The position numbers were made by a program, and so were the translations under genes. From contig CM052818.1 in assembly GCA_028534125.1 (NCBI GenBank), positions 8,744,001-8,808,000 of the forward strand: a stretch of 64,000 nucleotides of DNA. Reading direction: 5' to 3'. The stretch is from Lama glama. Taxonomy: Eukaryota. The notes below the pieces were generated by a model. The model saw nothing but the letters and a program-made list of their open reading frames with translations. It made no database searches and was not told where the DNA came from. Every line of letters starts with the position of its first letter. Within the stretch, counting starts at the first letter, position 1. Shown here one piece after another: positions 50,079 to 62,953 of the stretch.

Positions 50079-50870
50079 GGGGGAGGGTATAGCTCAGTGG
50101 TAGAGTGAATGCTTAGCATGTACGAGGTCCTGGGTTCAATCCCCAGTACCTCTGATGCAGGAAAACAGATGTGGGGCACGAGGAGGGCTGTGTCCCAGGT
50201 CTGGGTTGAACCCCTGGGACATGCCCCACCAAGCGTGGGTCCTTGGCTTCACGAAGAAAAGAATTCAAGTGTGAGCCACAGTTGAATGAAGGTAGATTTA
50301 GTCAAAGAGAGATACATTGCAAGGCAAGAGAAAGGCCATGAGGTGTGGGGGTTGGGTGCTCAGATTAAAAGTAGGTACACATTCCATAGACAGAGTGCGG
50401 GCCGTCTCCAAGTGGGAGAGAGCGCGCAAAGGGCAGACACGAGGCACCGTGTTGCTGGTTTTTATGGGCTTGGTGGCTTCATATGCTAATAAGTGGAAGG
50501 ACCAGCCTAAGGGGAAAGGGGTTTGGATTCCCAGGAAGTTGGCCATTTCCCTCTCTGACCTTTAGTGGCTAGCCTTGGGACTGCCATGGTGCCTGTGGGC
50601 GTGTTATTCACCATGTTAATATATTATAGCGGGCATATAATGAAGCTCAAGATCTACTAGAAGTTAAATCTCTCATCATCCTGAGCCTCAGGGCCTACTG
50701 GGGGTTGAATCTTTCACCATTTTGATGTTAATTGCTGTAACATTCCTTGAATGGCTGTGCCTTGTCCCCTTCCTGTCTCACCTCCATTAAAAAAATAAAT
50801 AAACAAACCTAATTACCCCTCCAAAAACTGTCTAAAAGAAAAAGGAAAAATAAACTCTTTAAAAAAAAGA
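50079..50870 (+). mobile_element. Vic-1-like SINE split by an LTR (parts 50079-50152 and 50781-~50870)
   Basis: SINE head ends ...ccccagtacctc and the tail resumes cctccattaaaaaaataaataaacaaacctaattacccc. Confidence 0.92.
50153..50780 (-). mobile_element. ERV1-type solo LTR with 4-bp TSD inside a SINE
   Basis: TG...CA, CCTC duplicated at 50149-50152 and 50781-50784; reverse complement aligns with the LTR at 60455. Confidence 0.92.
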
Positions 50871-51249
50871 AGAAAAACTGCTAAAAATTCTCAATAAGGG
50901 GACAATGGTGAGAAAAATGTTAAGAAACACTGATGTAGGGAATCTTCACTTGCAGATCAAAGTCACCCACAAGTCTCACATTAAAATACACATACATTTC
51001 AGGAATGTTTATGGCTACAGAGGCTTCACCCCAAGAATGATTGAGAAGTTTAACACAAAGGCAACTATTATCAATAATAACAGTAAAGTACCACCCACAT
51101 CACTGGATTAAATAATGAAAATGTGACAGTTTCAACAGATGCTGAAATAGCATTAGATGAAATTCAATACTCACTTCTCATTTTGAAAAAGTGGAATAGA
51201 AATATATTACAATAGCATAAAACAGAGCTATTTAAAACAGAGCTGAGTC

Positions 51250-51490
51250 ATTTTTTGGTTTTTTGGGTTTTTTTGAAGTACAGTTGATTTACAGTGTTGT
51301 GTTAGTTTCCAGTGTACAGCATACTGATTCAGTTATACATATGTATATGTTCTTTTTCATTCTAGGTTATTACAAGATATTGAATGTAGTTCCCTGTGCT
51401 ATACAGTAGGTCCTTGTTATTTACCTGTTTTATATATAGCAGTGTGTATCTGCTAATCCCCAATTCCTAATTTATCCCTTCCCCCATCTT
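51250..51490 (-). mobile_element. L1 3'UTR fragment (same family as the 5174 copy)
   Basis: gaagtacagttgatttacagtg...gttccctgtgctatacagtaggtccttg...cctaatttatcccttcccc. Confidence 0.9.
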
Positions 51491-53099
51491 TAATGCAAAG
51501 CAGAGCATTGTTAATTAAAAACAGGAACAAAACAGGAAGCTCTGTGAGTCCCACCTTCACCCCAGCCACCTAAAATGATTCAGTGGCCACTGTAGCCGTG
51601 CAGAGGCTTCATATGAATTAATAAAACAGTTGAGTAAAGTGGTTGAATATAAGACGCAGTATATACTCAAAACACAACATAATTCCTTTGAACTGATTAG
51701 AAATTTTAATTAAAAAATGAGGTCTTATTCCCATTGGTAACAAAAAAGAACATACTGAATAAGAATTTCAGTCATATTCAATATGATCTAATGTAGTTTT
51801 CAAAAAGCATGTATGTTTCATGTGTTTATATGAATGTAAACGAACAGAAAGTCTGAGACAAGGGCTTTTCCTAAGAGAGAAGAGGGTGGAGAGAGTAAGG
51901 AGGGGCTTGTCTGCTTCCTCGGAATTTCTTCCAATGATAATATATTAACCCAGAACTTTTATAATTTTTAAAACTCTACAAAACAGCATATGTGACCTCA
52001 TTTTGTCAAATTACACATATATATATATATGGATACTTAGAAAATGTCTCAATAGATACCACACAAACTTAATAACAGTTATGCAGCAATGGTAGGATTT
52101 TGGGTGATTTTCACTGTGATTTTTCTTTTTAGTATTGTTTAATGCTTTACAGTGAGCATGTGCTATTTTTATAATAAAGAGTAATAAGGATATCTTCATT
52201 TTGAAAAGAAACAAACAGAATCTAAGGAGTGCTATTCATGACATAAGCAAGGACACTTTTAAAACTAGGAAGAAGAATATAAACAAATGAAAAAATAGAT
52301 CATGTTCCTATTTATAATTTATAGTATATTTACACATAAATATAATACAGATAAACCTTCCCAAGCTATAAATAGATTATAATACCCATTAGCATTTCAA
52401 AACAAGGAATTTCCTGTTAAAATATTTATTCCACTCTCCTTTTATGAAACCCACTGCACATAGTAAAAGAAATTAAAAATAGAGGGAGTGAGTCCTCTGT
52501 TTTCAATGAGACAAGAAAGGACCAAACTTTTCAAGGAGAAATCATGAGTGAACCTGCTGGCTACTGGGGAATCAGAACCGGAACAGGAAAGCGAGATGCC
52601 AGGTACCTCCCTGGACCCATGGTAGGACACAGATCTTTCCAAAGGTCCATGGTGGAAGGCTGGCTGATGACACCTTTATTCCATCTATGTGCTGTGGCGG
52701 CACAGGCTGCCCCAGAGACGAGGAACATCCTGTATAGAGTGGGATCCAGGCCGCAGAGTAGGGCAGGGGAGGTAGGGCTGCAGGAACCACCTTGCTGACC
52801 TCGCCTCCAGAGAGGGAGACACATGGCAGTGAGTGATGCATGGGATGGTGCAAGGGACGGAGGAAGTGGAGGCAGGGACCACCAGATTGTACCACAGGAA
52901 GCCTGAGTCTTAAGTCACATAGATTTCCAGAACAGCAAAAACTGAGAGGAGATGGGGACCCCAAGGAAAAGGAAATAAAACTGAAACAGTGTTTGAGACA
53001 ATAAAGCCTGTTAAAGTTAAAGGATCCTAGGTGCCCGCCAATGCCCCCACCAACTTCCCTATTTGTCATACTGTCATTCAGCCAGTAGTGGCCCTCATT

Positions 53100-54400
53100 C
53101 AACGATAAGTAATAATCAGAAAGAAACCATAATGGGATTTACGCATAGAAATTGTAAAGAAATGGAATATACACAAAGGCTGCTTAAAAAATAAACATCA
53201 CAAGAGGAATTGCCCAAGGAAACAGAAAAGATGTTCAGATAAACTCTATATTCTCAAAGAAATTTCAGACAACACTATCTTTCTAGAAAAAGGCCCCAGA
53301 GAAAAGACTTAAGAATTCAAATAAGTGATTTTAAAAATGGGAGAATATGATAAAAAGCAGGTTAGAAGATTCAGGATAGAAATGGAAGAGTAAACCATGA
53401 TGGAGATGGAATCTACACTAAATGCAGCAGAAAACAGGAAACAAATAACTGTGGTCAGAACCATAGTGGAAAGACCCTGGGAAATCACATGAAATGAACA
53501 ACAACAACAAAACCAAGATTTCTTCACTATTCTAGAGAAACTTGGTTTTGTTACAGACGACCAATAGGGATCCTTGATAGTTTGGAAGGAAAATACACAT
53601 TTCTGAAGAAGAATAAAAGGAATGAAATAGAAATTATTTTCAAAAATAAAACAGAACCTTCTTGAAATAAAGATGATTTGAAACCACAAATCAAAAGGGC
53701 ATAGATAATAAGCTACGAGGATGTATTGTACAACACAGAGAAAACAGCCAATGTTTTATAAAAGCTATAAATAGAGTACAAAGCTTTAAAAATTATGAAT
53801 CACTGTATTGTACACCTGTAAATTATATAATATTGTACATCAACTATGCTTCAATTTTTTTTTAAAGAGGGCACATATACTCCAAGAAAAATTGATATAG
53901 ACTCTTCAACATCAGGATATAGCCTACTGAAGTTATAAAACATCAAGAATAAAGAAAAGCTCTCATGGATGGTCAGGTAGTAAACCATACAAAGAGGGGG
54001 AGGGTATAGCTCAGTGGTAGAGCATGTGCTTAGCAGGCATAAGGTCCTGGGTTCAATCCCCAGTAACTCTATTAAAATAAGTAAGCAAATAAACCTAATC
54101 CTTCTCCCTAACTACCTCCCCCAAAACAAAAACAAAAAAAGCAAAAAGAGAGAGAAAAATCAGGTTTCTTCAGGCTTCCTCACAATGCCAAAAGACAGAG
54201 GACCAAGGTCTAAAAAGGTCTGAATGAAAGAAAATGTGATTCAAGGATGTGTATGCACCATCTTATCAAAGCAACAGACAGGTGTTCTCAGGCATGCAAA
54301 ACCTTAGGTAATAAAGCGCCAGGAACCTTCTTGGAAAACAACTTCTGAATGTAATCTATCCAACCAAGAAAAGAGACAAAACAAATTCTACAGTAGAAAA
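53100..54400 (+). mobile_element. Ancient L1 ORF1-region remnant with nested younger L1 3' piece (~53700-53865) and SINE
   Basis: A-rich L1 5'-region motifs; nested gtattgtacaacacagagaaaacagcc...caactatgcttcaa. Confidence 0.6.
53996..54155 (+). mobile_element. Vic-1-like SINE
   Basis: gggggagggtatagctcagtggtagag...gggttcaatccccag; A-rich tail. Confidence 0.92.
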
Positions 54401-54404
54401 CCTA

Positions 54405-54858
54405 GGTGTATTCACTTCCCAGAGCTGCCTTAACAAAGTACCAGAAACTGGATGGCTTAGACCAATACTGTCTCACAGTTCTGGAGTCCAGAATTCTGAA
54501 ATCAAGGTGCCAGCAGGGCCATGTTCCCTCTGAAGGAGTCAAGGAAGGATCCCTCCTTGCTTCTTACAGCTTCTCGTTAGCCCCAGACATTCTTTGGTTT
54601 GTGGAAGCACAACTCCAGTCTTCCCATGGTGTTCTCCCTACGTCTCTTTATACGGTCTTCCCTCTGTGCACGTCTGTGTCCAGGTCTCCCCTTTTACAAG
54701 GACACCAGTCATACTGGATTAGGGCCCACTCTAATGACCTCATTTTAACTTGATCACTCCTGCAAACATTCTATTTTCAAATAAGGTCACATACCAAGGT
54801 ACTGGGAATTAGGACTCCAACATACCTTTTTGGGGAGTTTACAGTTGAACCCATAACA
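54405..54858 (-). mobile_element. MaLR LTR (MLT1C-like)
   Basis: taacaaagtaccagaaactggatggcttag...ctcacagttctggag...ggattagggcccactctaatgacctcattttaact...cccataaca. Confidence 0.88.
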
Positions 54859-55507
54859 GTGGGGTGACATGGAGGGGTGAGCACTGAACAAAAATGAAAC
54901 AATAGCAAGAAGTATGGTTAGTGAACAAAATGAAATGAGGTAAACAATGGAATATAATAAAAATCAAAAGACAGAACTGGGCAACTGGAGAAAGTATAAG
55001 TGTGGGTAATTCCTCATCATTCATAGCAGAAAGTCAATAGATACTAGTCAAAATTGAAAAAAAAAATTTTTAAAGCATAGCAAATTCAGTCTTTTAGTGT
55101 TTTTCATTCTTTTTTAATTCTAAAAGTATCTTTTAAGAACTTGTGGCGAAGAAACAACCAATTTAGTCATTTCTAAGTTTTGCTTCAATTTTTCTAACAT
55201 TAAAATCAAGTAAAACAATATTAAAATTGTTTCATTTAAAATGGTGTGCAGAGTATAATCTTAGTTTTATAAAATTCTTTAAGCCATTCTATTTATCCAT
55301 ATACCTACAGGGTGTCTAATGATGTTTTATAAATGTTGGGAATGATTGTCTGGGGCAGTAGGATTCATAGTGAGTTAGTTTTTTAACTTTTCTTTTTTTG
55401 TTGTACTTTTGTTTGTTTTTTGGTTCTTAGTAGTTTTTAATATGTTGTACTTTTCTATATTGTTGACATTTTATTATATATATATATATATTTTTTTAAT
55501 TTATTAC

Positions 55508-55638
55508 ATTTTTGTTTGTTTAGGTTTTGGAGGGGGTAATTTGATTTGTTAATTTTTTTAAATGGAAGCACTGGGGATTGAACCCAGGACCTTGTGCATG
55601 CAAAGCACACACTCCACCACTGAGCTATACCCTCCTCC
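55508..55638 (-). mobile_element. Vic-1-like SINE
   Basis: ctggggattgaacccaggacc...ccactgagctataccctcc (reverse complement of SINE head). Confidence 0.9.
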
Positions 55639-56271
55639 TATCAAACATAAGCTATTTTAAACAAAAGCAATAAAATCATTGTTTCACATTATTTTCCCAA
55701 AAGCTTTCTTTGTAGGAGTGGGACTCAACTTCAGGTCCTAGGAGGTGGTGAGTCCAGGAGGCAGAAGATGGAATCTGAGGGCACTGTGGCAGCCGACACA
55801 AGGTGTCTGGGCTGTTAGGAGGCCCTTTCCCAACTGGGGGCCCCGTTTCACAGCCATCATAGCAGAAAACTCCTCAACAGCCAATGCCACCACATGTATG
55901 AAAGACTTTCCACAGTCAGACCCAGTCCCCAAAGAAGTCATATGGCTATAAGTGCAGCAAAATGAGTCAGGGCTGCCTTCTAATTTTTGAGTTACTCCAA
56001 CATTTGCTTTATTATGACATCAGTGAAGCCAGTGTTCCCAGAAATCAACCTAGAGGCTGGCTCTGTTCTTCCGGACCCCCAAGCAAGAGAGCTGCCTGTG
56101 TCACTGTCCTGTGTGTACAGCTGTGTGACCGAGTTCCCCACTCAATCCTCCAAGCTCGGCTTTTTCAACAGGAAGGGCATCTGGGCGCCTAACAGTCATC
56201 ATCATTTTCATATTTTATTGTCCCTCTTCTTCTATCTGGTTGTCACCAAATGTTCAACAGGAAATTTATCT

Positions 56272-56502
56272 CTTTTTTTTTTAACATTTTTTATTGAGTA
56301 ATAGTCATTTTACAATGTTGTGTCAAATTCCAGTGTAGAGCACAATTTTTCAGTTATACATGAGCATACATATATTCATTGTCACATTTTTTTTCGCTGT
56401 GAGCTACCACAAGATCTTGTATATATTTCCCTGTGCTATACAGTATAATCTTGTTTATCTATTCTACATTTTGAAATCCCAGTCTGTCCCTTCCCACCCC
56501 CC
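56272..56502 (-). mobile_element. Short young L1 3' insertion with perfect 18-bp TSD
   Basis: TSD tcaacaggaaatttatct at 56254-56271 and 56503-56520; poly-T and tttatt at the left end. Confidence 0.92.
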
Positions 56503-57568
56503 TCAACAGGAAATTTATCTTTTATTACTTCTCTTCCTGTATTTGAGTGGGGGTAGTGGAGGTTTCTGTGGATACAGCACACAGTCAGCTGAGGTTTTGT
56601 GGGGCTGAGCCCAACACAAAAAAGCTGTGGGCTTTCAGCATTTCTTCTGGGGAGTTGGTGCTGGCCTTCACAGTCCATCTTTCTGGCCCACAGAATGTCA
56701 CAGGTGTCCCGGCAGGAGACACCAGCTCAGCTGCAGTGGGCGCAGGGACAAGCAGGGAGTGGCGACAGGGAAGTCTGCAGTGGGAACTGGGTCCTGGCCA
56801 GGGGCCAGTGCTTCCTGTGGGGCCTGAGGCCCTAGGAATGTTATCTAAACCTGAATGCAGGCCAGGAGTGTGGCCAGAAGAACTGCATACTGGGCTGGGC
56901 CAAAGGGTTGGGGATCACGTGCAGCCGGTGTCTCCAAGGGACAGAATCACTAGACAAGTTGTCACAGTAACACAGTCATAGATGTGGGGGGCAGGACTTC
57001 GGTGAACACTGGGCACAGAGAAACACGGCAGAGGTCTGAGGGCAGCCTCTGCCAGTGGCCTGGGGAAACTTCTTGGAAAATGTCTGTACTCACTTTTTTA
57101 AAACCAGAAAGATGACAAAATTATTTGTTAAAATACACAGGAAATCAATTTCATTGAAATAAAATAATACTACAAGTCCTATGTTCTCTATGTTCTGAAT
57201 CTAAGTCCTAGAATGGTCTGTGGCAATTTGTCTGTCTCCTCTTTGCTTTATAGATACATCTAAGACGTGCTAATTGTTCAGAGAGGCTGAGTGTCTCAGA
57301 GGTTACTCCATTCTGACAAGGTAGCAGAGACCACCTTATCTCTTGCTCTGACCTTTGGATTATTTCCAGCTCCCTCATCACCTCTTACCCTTTGATTCCT
57401 GGTCAGCTTTTGTGTGTCTCTGTGCCTGGCAAGGCTCTTTCTTCTGATGGTCCTAATTTGGGCTTTGGCTCATTTAGCTGCATCTTTTCCAAGCAAAATT
57501 TACATCTCTAGAGAGCTCCATCAGTTTTTAAAACTAAGGTTTTATTCATTCAGTGAAAGTAGATTATG

Positions 57569-58140
57569 GAAACAACCTAAATATCCATCAATAGAAGACT
57601 GGATAAAGAAGCTGTAGTATGTTTATACAATGAAATACTACTCAGTCATAAAAAAGAATAAAATAATGCCATTTGCAGCAACATGGATGGACCTGGACAT
57701 TATCATTCTAAAGTAAAGCCAGAAAGAGAAAGAAAAATACCATATGATATCACTCATATGTGGACTCTAAAAAGAGAAAAAAGAAGACACTAATGAACTT
57801 AACTACAAAACAGAAACAGACTCACACACGTAGTAAACAAACCAACCTATGGTTACCAGGGGGGAAGGGGATGGGAAGGGATAAATTGGGAGTTCAAGAT
57901 TTACAAATATTAACTACTATGTATAAAATAAACAACGAGTTTCTTCTGGGAACTATATTCAATTACTTGTAGTAACCTATAATGAAAAAGAATATGAAAA
58001 GGAATATATGTATGTGTATGTGTGACTGAAACATTATACTGTATACCAGAAATTGATACATTGTAAAATATTCTTCAATTTAAAAAAAATTCCTTATTAG
58101 AAATAAATGGAATTCCTATTCAAAAAGAGAAAGAAAGAAA
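57569..58140 (+). mobile_element. L1 3' fragment with extended tail
   Basis: WKQPKYPSIEDWIKKL; TSD gaaagtagattatg (57555-57568) / gaaagtaaattatg (58141-58154). Confidence 0.92.
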
Positions 58141-59702
58141 GAAAGTAAATTATGAACATGGTCCTTTCACTGCAGCCTCCCAACTGCCTCTTACACATCT
58201 GCCCACGATTAAGGGCTGGCAGAAGTCTCTGCCTTATCTGGTTTCAAGCCTTGGGTGACTCTGTTCAGCCATTTTTATGTGAGCACTTCTTCAGCCCCTT
58301 CACTTCTCAGGCTGCTCGAATTGACTTCTGCCTCCTCTGCTCTACTAAGTGCTCTTTCCAAGACCACCAGTGAGCCCCTACTCACGCTAAATACCATCAA
58401 CGTGCTTCCCCCCACTTCCCCAATCCATCTGCTCACGTGGGAAACTACTCTTCTCTCTTTAAACTCCCTTGGCTGTTGATTTCTCACACCCTTCTCTCGG
58501 CCAGTTCTTCCTCCAGGTTCTCCAACCATTCCTCCCACTCTTGAATGGGCTTTTTCCTCCCCTACCAGTGAGCTTTCAGGGTGTGGTACTCAGAAAGCAA
58601 GCAAGCTCGTTTATCCTCATGTTTTAACTACCCAATGTCTCCCCTCCCAGACCTCTCCAGAGTCCCCATTCCATATGTCCAACCCCTATATAATTTGCCC
58701 CAAATTAACACACCCAGGTGCTTCCAGGCTCTAGCTCTCTTCTGGTTACATTTCCTACATTGCACTGTATTACATTTTGCACCCCAGGGAAATGTGCTCA
58801 TGAACAGAAGTGAAAAACAATCTGGGTCCCTAAAGCAGAAGTGAGTCTGAGAGCAGTAATTCCTGTTTGATCAGAAATCATGGTCTCAAGGGATTTAGCA
58901 GATACTGACCTCAGAGGGGAAGTTCAATGGCTCTTCTTCCTGTCTTGATGCCCCCTATAAAGTCTTGATCTCCCGAGGGAGAAAACGGAGAGCACTAACT
59001 GCTTCTTCCTTGCACAAGTAATGTCAGCCTGGAGAGGGACCTATGTAAAAACAGGGATGGGGGCGCTCGAGTGGATGATCAGTGAGCTCCGTAAAAGCTC
59101 CCCCAAAGAGCCAATTATGTCCTAAGAATGCAAACCATGCTAACTCATTTAGCTCAGAACCCTGGAGCTTTAATCTTTCAAGAACATACTTCCTTCCTGT
59201 ATTTCTAGTAATTACTGTTTCTGACTTTTCTGGAAATCCTGTCAGTCACCCTGACTCTCTCTTCCAAAAGAATTGATTCACAAAAATAGAACCATGAGAA
59301 TAGTTAGTTTGACCCTTTTGCTCTCTGAAATGTGCAGGGTGGAAAGAGCCTGGGGGAATCAGCTGGGGGCCAGGAGAGTTCTTTAACTGATTCTTCCATC
59401 TCAAGGAAAAATAAACCAAGGGAAAGAAAAAAAATGCTTAAAACTAGTCATCCACAGGAAAAGGTTTTGGTGGGAAAGAATTTCCATTTGGACTAGGATT
59501 TAAATCTAGGATTTAACGAGTTTTTAACCTGAGATCCATGAATGGGCTTTATCAGAATATATAAACCTCCAGAAACAGTGAGCTACTACTTTTATGTCTG
59601 TGCATTTTCCTGAGAAGTTCTATAGCTTTTATCAGATTATCAGAGGGGTCCCTGATAACCTCCCCAAAGGGTAAGAACTACTCATTTGGAGGTTAACTTA
59701 GT

Positions 59703-60220
59703 TGTATTGGTTACCTATTGCTGTGTAACAAATTACCCCAAAACTTAGCAGTGTAATAAAGCTAACATTTATTATCTCACAGTTTGGATGGGTAAGGAAA
59801 TGAGGAGTGGTTTAGGCAAGTGACTTGGCTCATGGTCTCTTGTGACATTGTAGTCAAGAAGTCAGCTGGGGTTGTTGTCATCTATAGGCTTGATCAAGGC
59901 TGAAGAATCTGCTTCCAAGTTGGTTTGTCTACCCGGACATTGACAGGAGGCCTCTATTCCTTGCCACATGGACCTCTCCATTGAGCTGTTTGAGTGTCTT
60001 CACAACATGGCAGCTGTCTTCCCCTAAAGTGAGTGGCCAGTAGGGAGAGCAAAGAAGCCACAATGCCTTTTCCAACTTAGTCTCAGGAGTGATACATTAT
60101 CACTACTGCCACAGGCTATCCCATAAGCAAGCCAGCCCACACTCCAGGGGAGATAATTAGTCTCCCCTAATTGAAGGGAGGAGTATCGAAGAATTTGTGA
60201 ATATATGTTTAAACTACCAA
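59703..60220 (-). mobile_element. MaLR LTR (MLT1-type)
   Basis: tgtattggttacctattgctgtgtaacaaattaccccaaaacttagc...gtcttcacaacatggcagctg. Confidence 0.85.
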
Positions 60221-60454
60221 ACTAGTAAAGAGGCCCTTCTTTATAGCTATGATGAGAAGCAAATTTCTCTCCCCCTGTACAACACTCCCCCTTCTTCCAC
60301 GAGATCATTTTGCATCAGCTGGGACTCCCCTACTCCCCACCCCCACCATGTAGAGCTCCCCCATGACCTTGGACAAATGACTAAACTTCACTGTATTGCA
60401 ATTTTTCCATTGGCTACTGGGGATAGTAATAGCACCTACTTCATAGGATAGTTC

Positions 60455-61080
60455 TGAGACAGGAGGGAAGGGGGCAGGCCACAGCCATTCAAGAAATGAC
60501 AGCCATTAACACCAAAATGTGGAAGATTCAACCCCCAGTTGGCCCTGAGGCTCAAGATGGTGGGAGATTTGACTTCTAGTAGACTTTGAGCTTCATTGTA
60601 CATTCACTGTAATATATCAATATGGTAAATTATACTTCCACAGATGCCATGACAGCACCAAGGTTGACCATAAAAGGTCAAAGAGTGGGCAGTGGCCCAG
60701 TTCCTGGGAATCCCAGCCCCTTCCCCAGGGTAGTTGAAATGGTCCTCCCACTTGGTGGCAACACCGTGCCTTGTGGCCACCTCTCTGGCTCCCTTGTCTT
60801 CAGAGACGGCCAGTACTCTGTGGTGTGTGTGTCTACTTTTACTTTAACCTGAGCACCCAACCCCCACACCTCGTGGCCTTTCTCTCACCTTTTGAAACAG
60901 CCTACACTGTATGTAGTGTGTATCTATCTAAATAAATCTACCTTTACTCAACCGTGGCTTACTCTTGAATTCTTTCCTGTGTGAAGCCAAGGACCCACAC
61001 TTGGTGGAGCACATCCCAAGGGCTCAACTGAGACCTGGGACAGTGCCCTCCTCATGCCCCACATTTATTTTTTCTGCATC
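60455..61080 (+). mobile_element. ERV1-type solo LTR (same family as 50153-50780) inserted in a MIR
   Basis: tgagacagg...aagattcaacccccagttggccctgaggctcaagatgg...aataaa...ttcttgaattctttcctgtgtgaagccaaggacccacac...ctgcatc; MIR core at ~60360-60454. Confidence 0.88.
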
Positions 61081-61241
61081 TCTATGATGCTTAAGTGAAA
61101 TGCTGAACTAATAAGTGTTTTAAAATGTTAGCTAGAATAATCAGGACCCCATCCCCAGTCTAGAGCTTTCCATTTCCATTACATGGAATTGTACATATGG
61201 ATTGTCAATCTTCTAGATGGGGTAAGGAGTGATTGTCTATT

Positions 61242-61394
61242 ATTTTTGTTTATGTTTGAGGGAGAGATAATATTTACTTATTTTATTTATTTATTATCAC
61301 TATTACTTTTTATTTAATGGAGGTACTGGGGATTGAACCCATGACACTACACATGCTAAGCATGAGCTCTACCACTGAGCTATACCCTGCCCCC
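61242..61394 (-). mobile_element. Vic-1-like SINE
   Basis: Reverse SINE head; TSD ggagtgattgtctatt (61226-61241) / ggagtgattatccatt (61395-61410). Confidence 0.9.
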
Positions 61395-62303
61395 GGAGTG
61401 ATTATCCATTGAGAATTTATTTGTGGAGCAGGTGCTATAATGCAGGGAGGAACAAAAGAAGCTAAAAATAGACCCTGTCCTTGTTAGGTCTAAAATGTAG
61501 TTGCGGGGAAAAGATGTCTATACATGTAACAGAGCAATGCTTTGGAAATCCAGTGACACTCATCTCTGCTGAGAACAGGGGAGAGTCTATGCCTTGAGTG
61601 TAATTTTGAAGGTTAAGACTCAGGCCAAGGAGTGCGAATGAAAATTTAAGGAGAGATGGAGGCTGAAGTGTGAAAGGAGACCTCAGACAGCTTTATAGGG
61701 ACCGCAGCAGGAAAAACAAAAGGGAATAGAGAAAGATTTACGAAGTCAAGATTTCACAGGGAAAGGAATGGACTTTAAGAAAAAGGAAAACTGCAGGAGT
61801 TTTTCCAAGCGAAGAACTGGTTTGCACTGTGGTCAGCCCTGAAGCTGCATCCTACTTATCAATTTATGGAAACAGAAAGATACCCTGTTAACCTTTCAAG
61901 GGCAAGGAACATGTCTATAGGCTTCTGTAATCTAACACAGTGTCGCCTGGAGGATACTTTAAAAAACATATAATACTGAAAAACCTCTTCTGGGACTAAT
62001 TCAGATTTCAGGTTAAAATGTTTGCTGGCAAGCATTCCACAGAGCTGGTTCTTTACAACCTAGCTTTTCTGCTAGTTTTCTATTGTGGGAGGGGCCAGAC
62101 TTACTGGAGCTGCTTGATTCTCCAGGGCAGGCAAACTGGGGTTCTCAGACTTCACAGGCACCCTCCAAGGCTGGGGAGGGAAGAGAAGAAAGTCTCCAGT
62201 TTGATCCCAAAGGCCTGTCTGCAGCAGGGAGGGCTCGGGAAGCTAGGATGAGAGCCTTCAGTTACCACCTCTCATCTCTGAGGTCTGGCTCCTGTTTTCT
62301 GGG

Positions 62304-62953
62304 TGCTGGGAACTAGTTAATTTTAGTGTACAAGTAGCCCAAGACATCTTGAAGTGGGTGAGAGTCAGCTGTTCACTCACTACTGAAGGAAAATTAATAA
62401 AGTGGCTGCACTTAGGCTAACAGACTGCTTATTCTTATGCTTGCCCTTAAAATGGTCAACTGACCTGACTGACCAGCTGCTACTCACAGCTCCAGGCCTG
62501 TTGTTAAAATAAAGCTATTAATTCTACTGTTTCTGCTTTATTCCAGTAATCGAAAGTGATAATCATACTTGGTTTCTGAGTTGTTCTCCAGGGAGAAGGT
62601 CACAGAACCGTAACCTTACAAAGTAGGCTAAATACCAAGAAGACCATGCCTTGAGTGTTAAATAAAGAGGTAGAAAAAAGTGACAACCACTAGCCTCTAT
62701 AGAATTGGTCTTATGGAGGCATCATGACAACACTGTAAGTCTTATGAATCTGTTGATTGTTTATTGTTTGAGTTATGGCTATATAATCACCCCACCCCAT
62801 CCCCAAGGTGGGTTCACAGTTTTGAAGGCACTAGCCAGCTCTAAGTCCCCTTTGCCCAGCAAAGTAATAAAGCTCCTCTTTTCTTCTAAGCTCTAAGACC
62901 CTGTCTCTGAGTTATTTGGCTCATCAGGGATGGGGGCCAATATTTCAGCAACA
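62304..62953 (+). mobile_element. Older ERV LTR (MER34-like)
   Basis: cacagttttgaaggcactagcc...tcccctttgcccagcaaagtaataaagctcctcttttc...ggggccaatatttcagcaaca. Confidence 0.65.
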
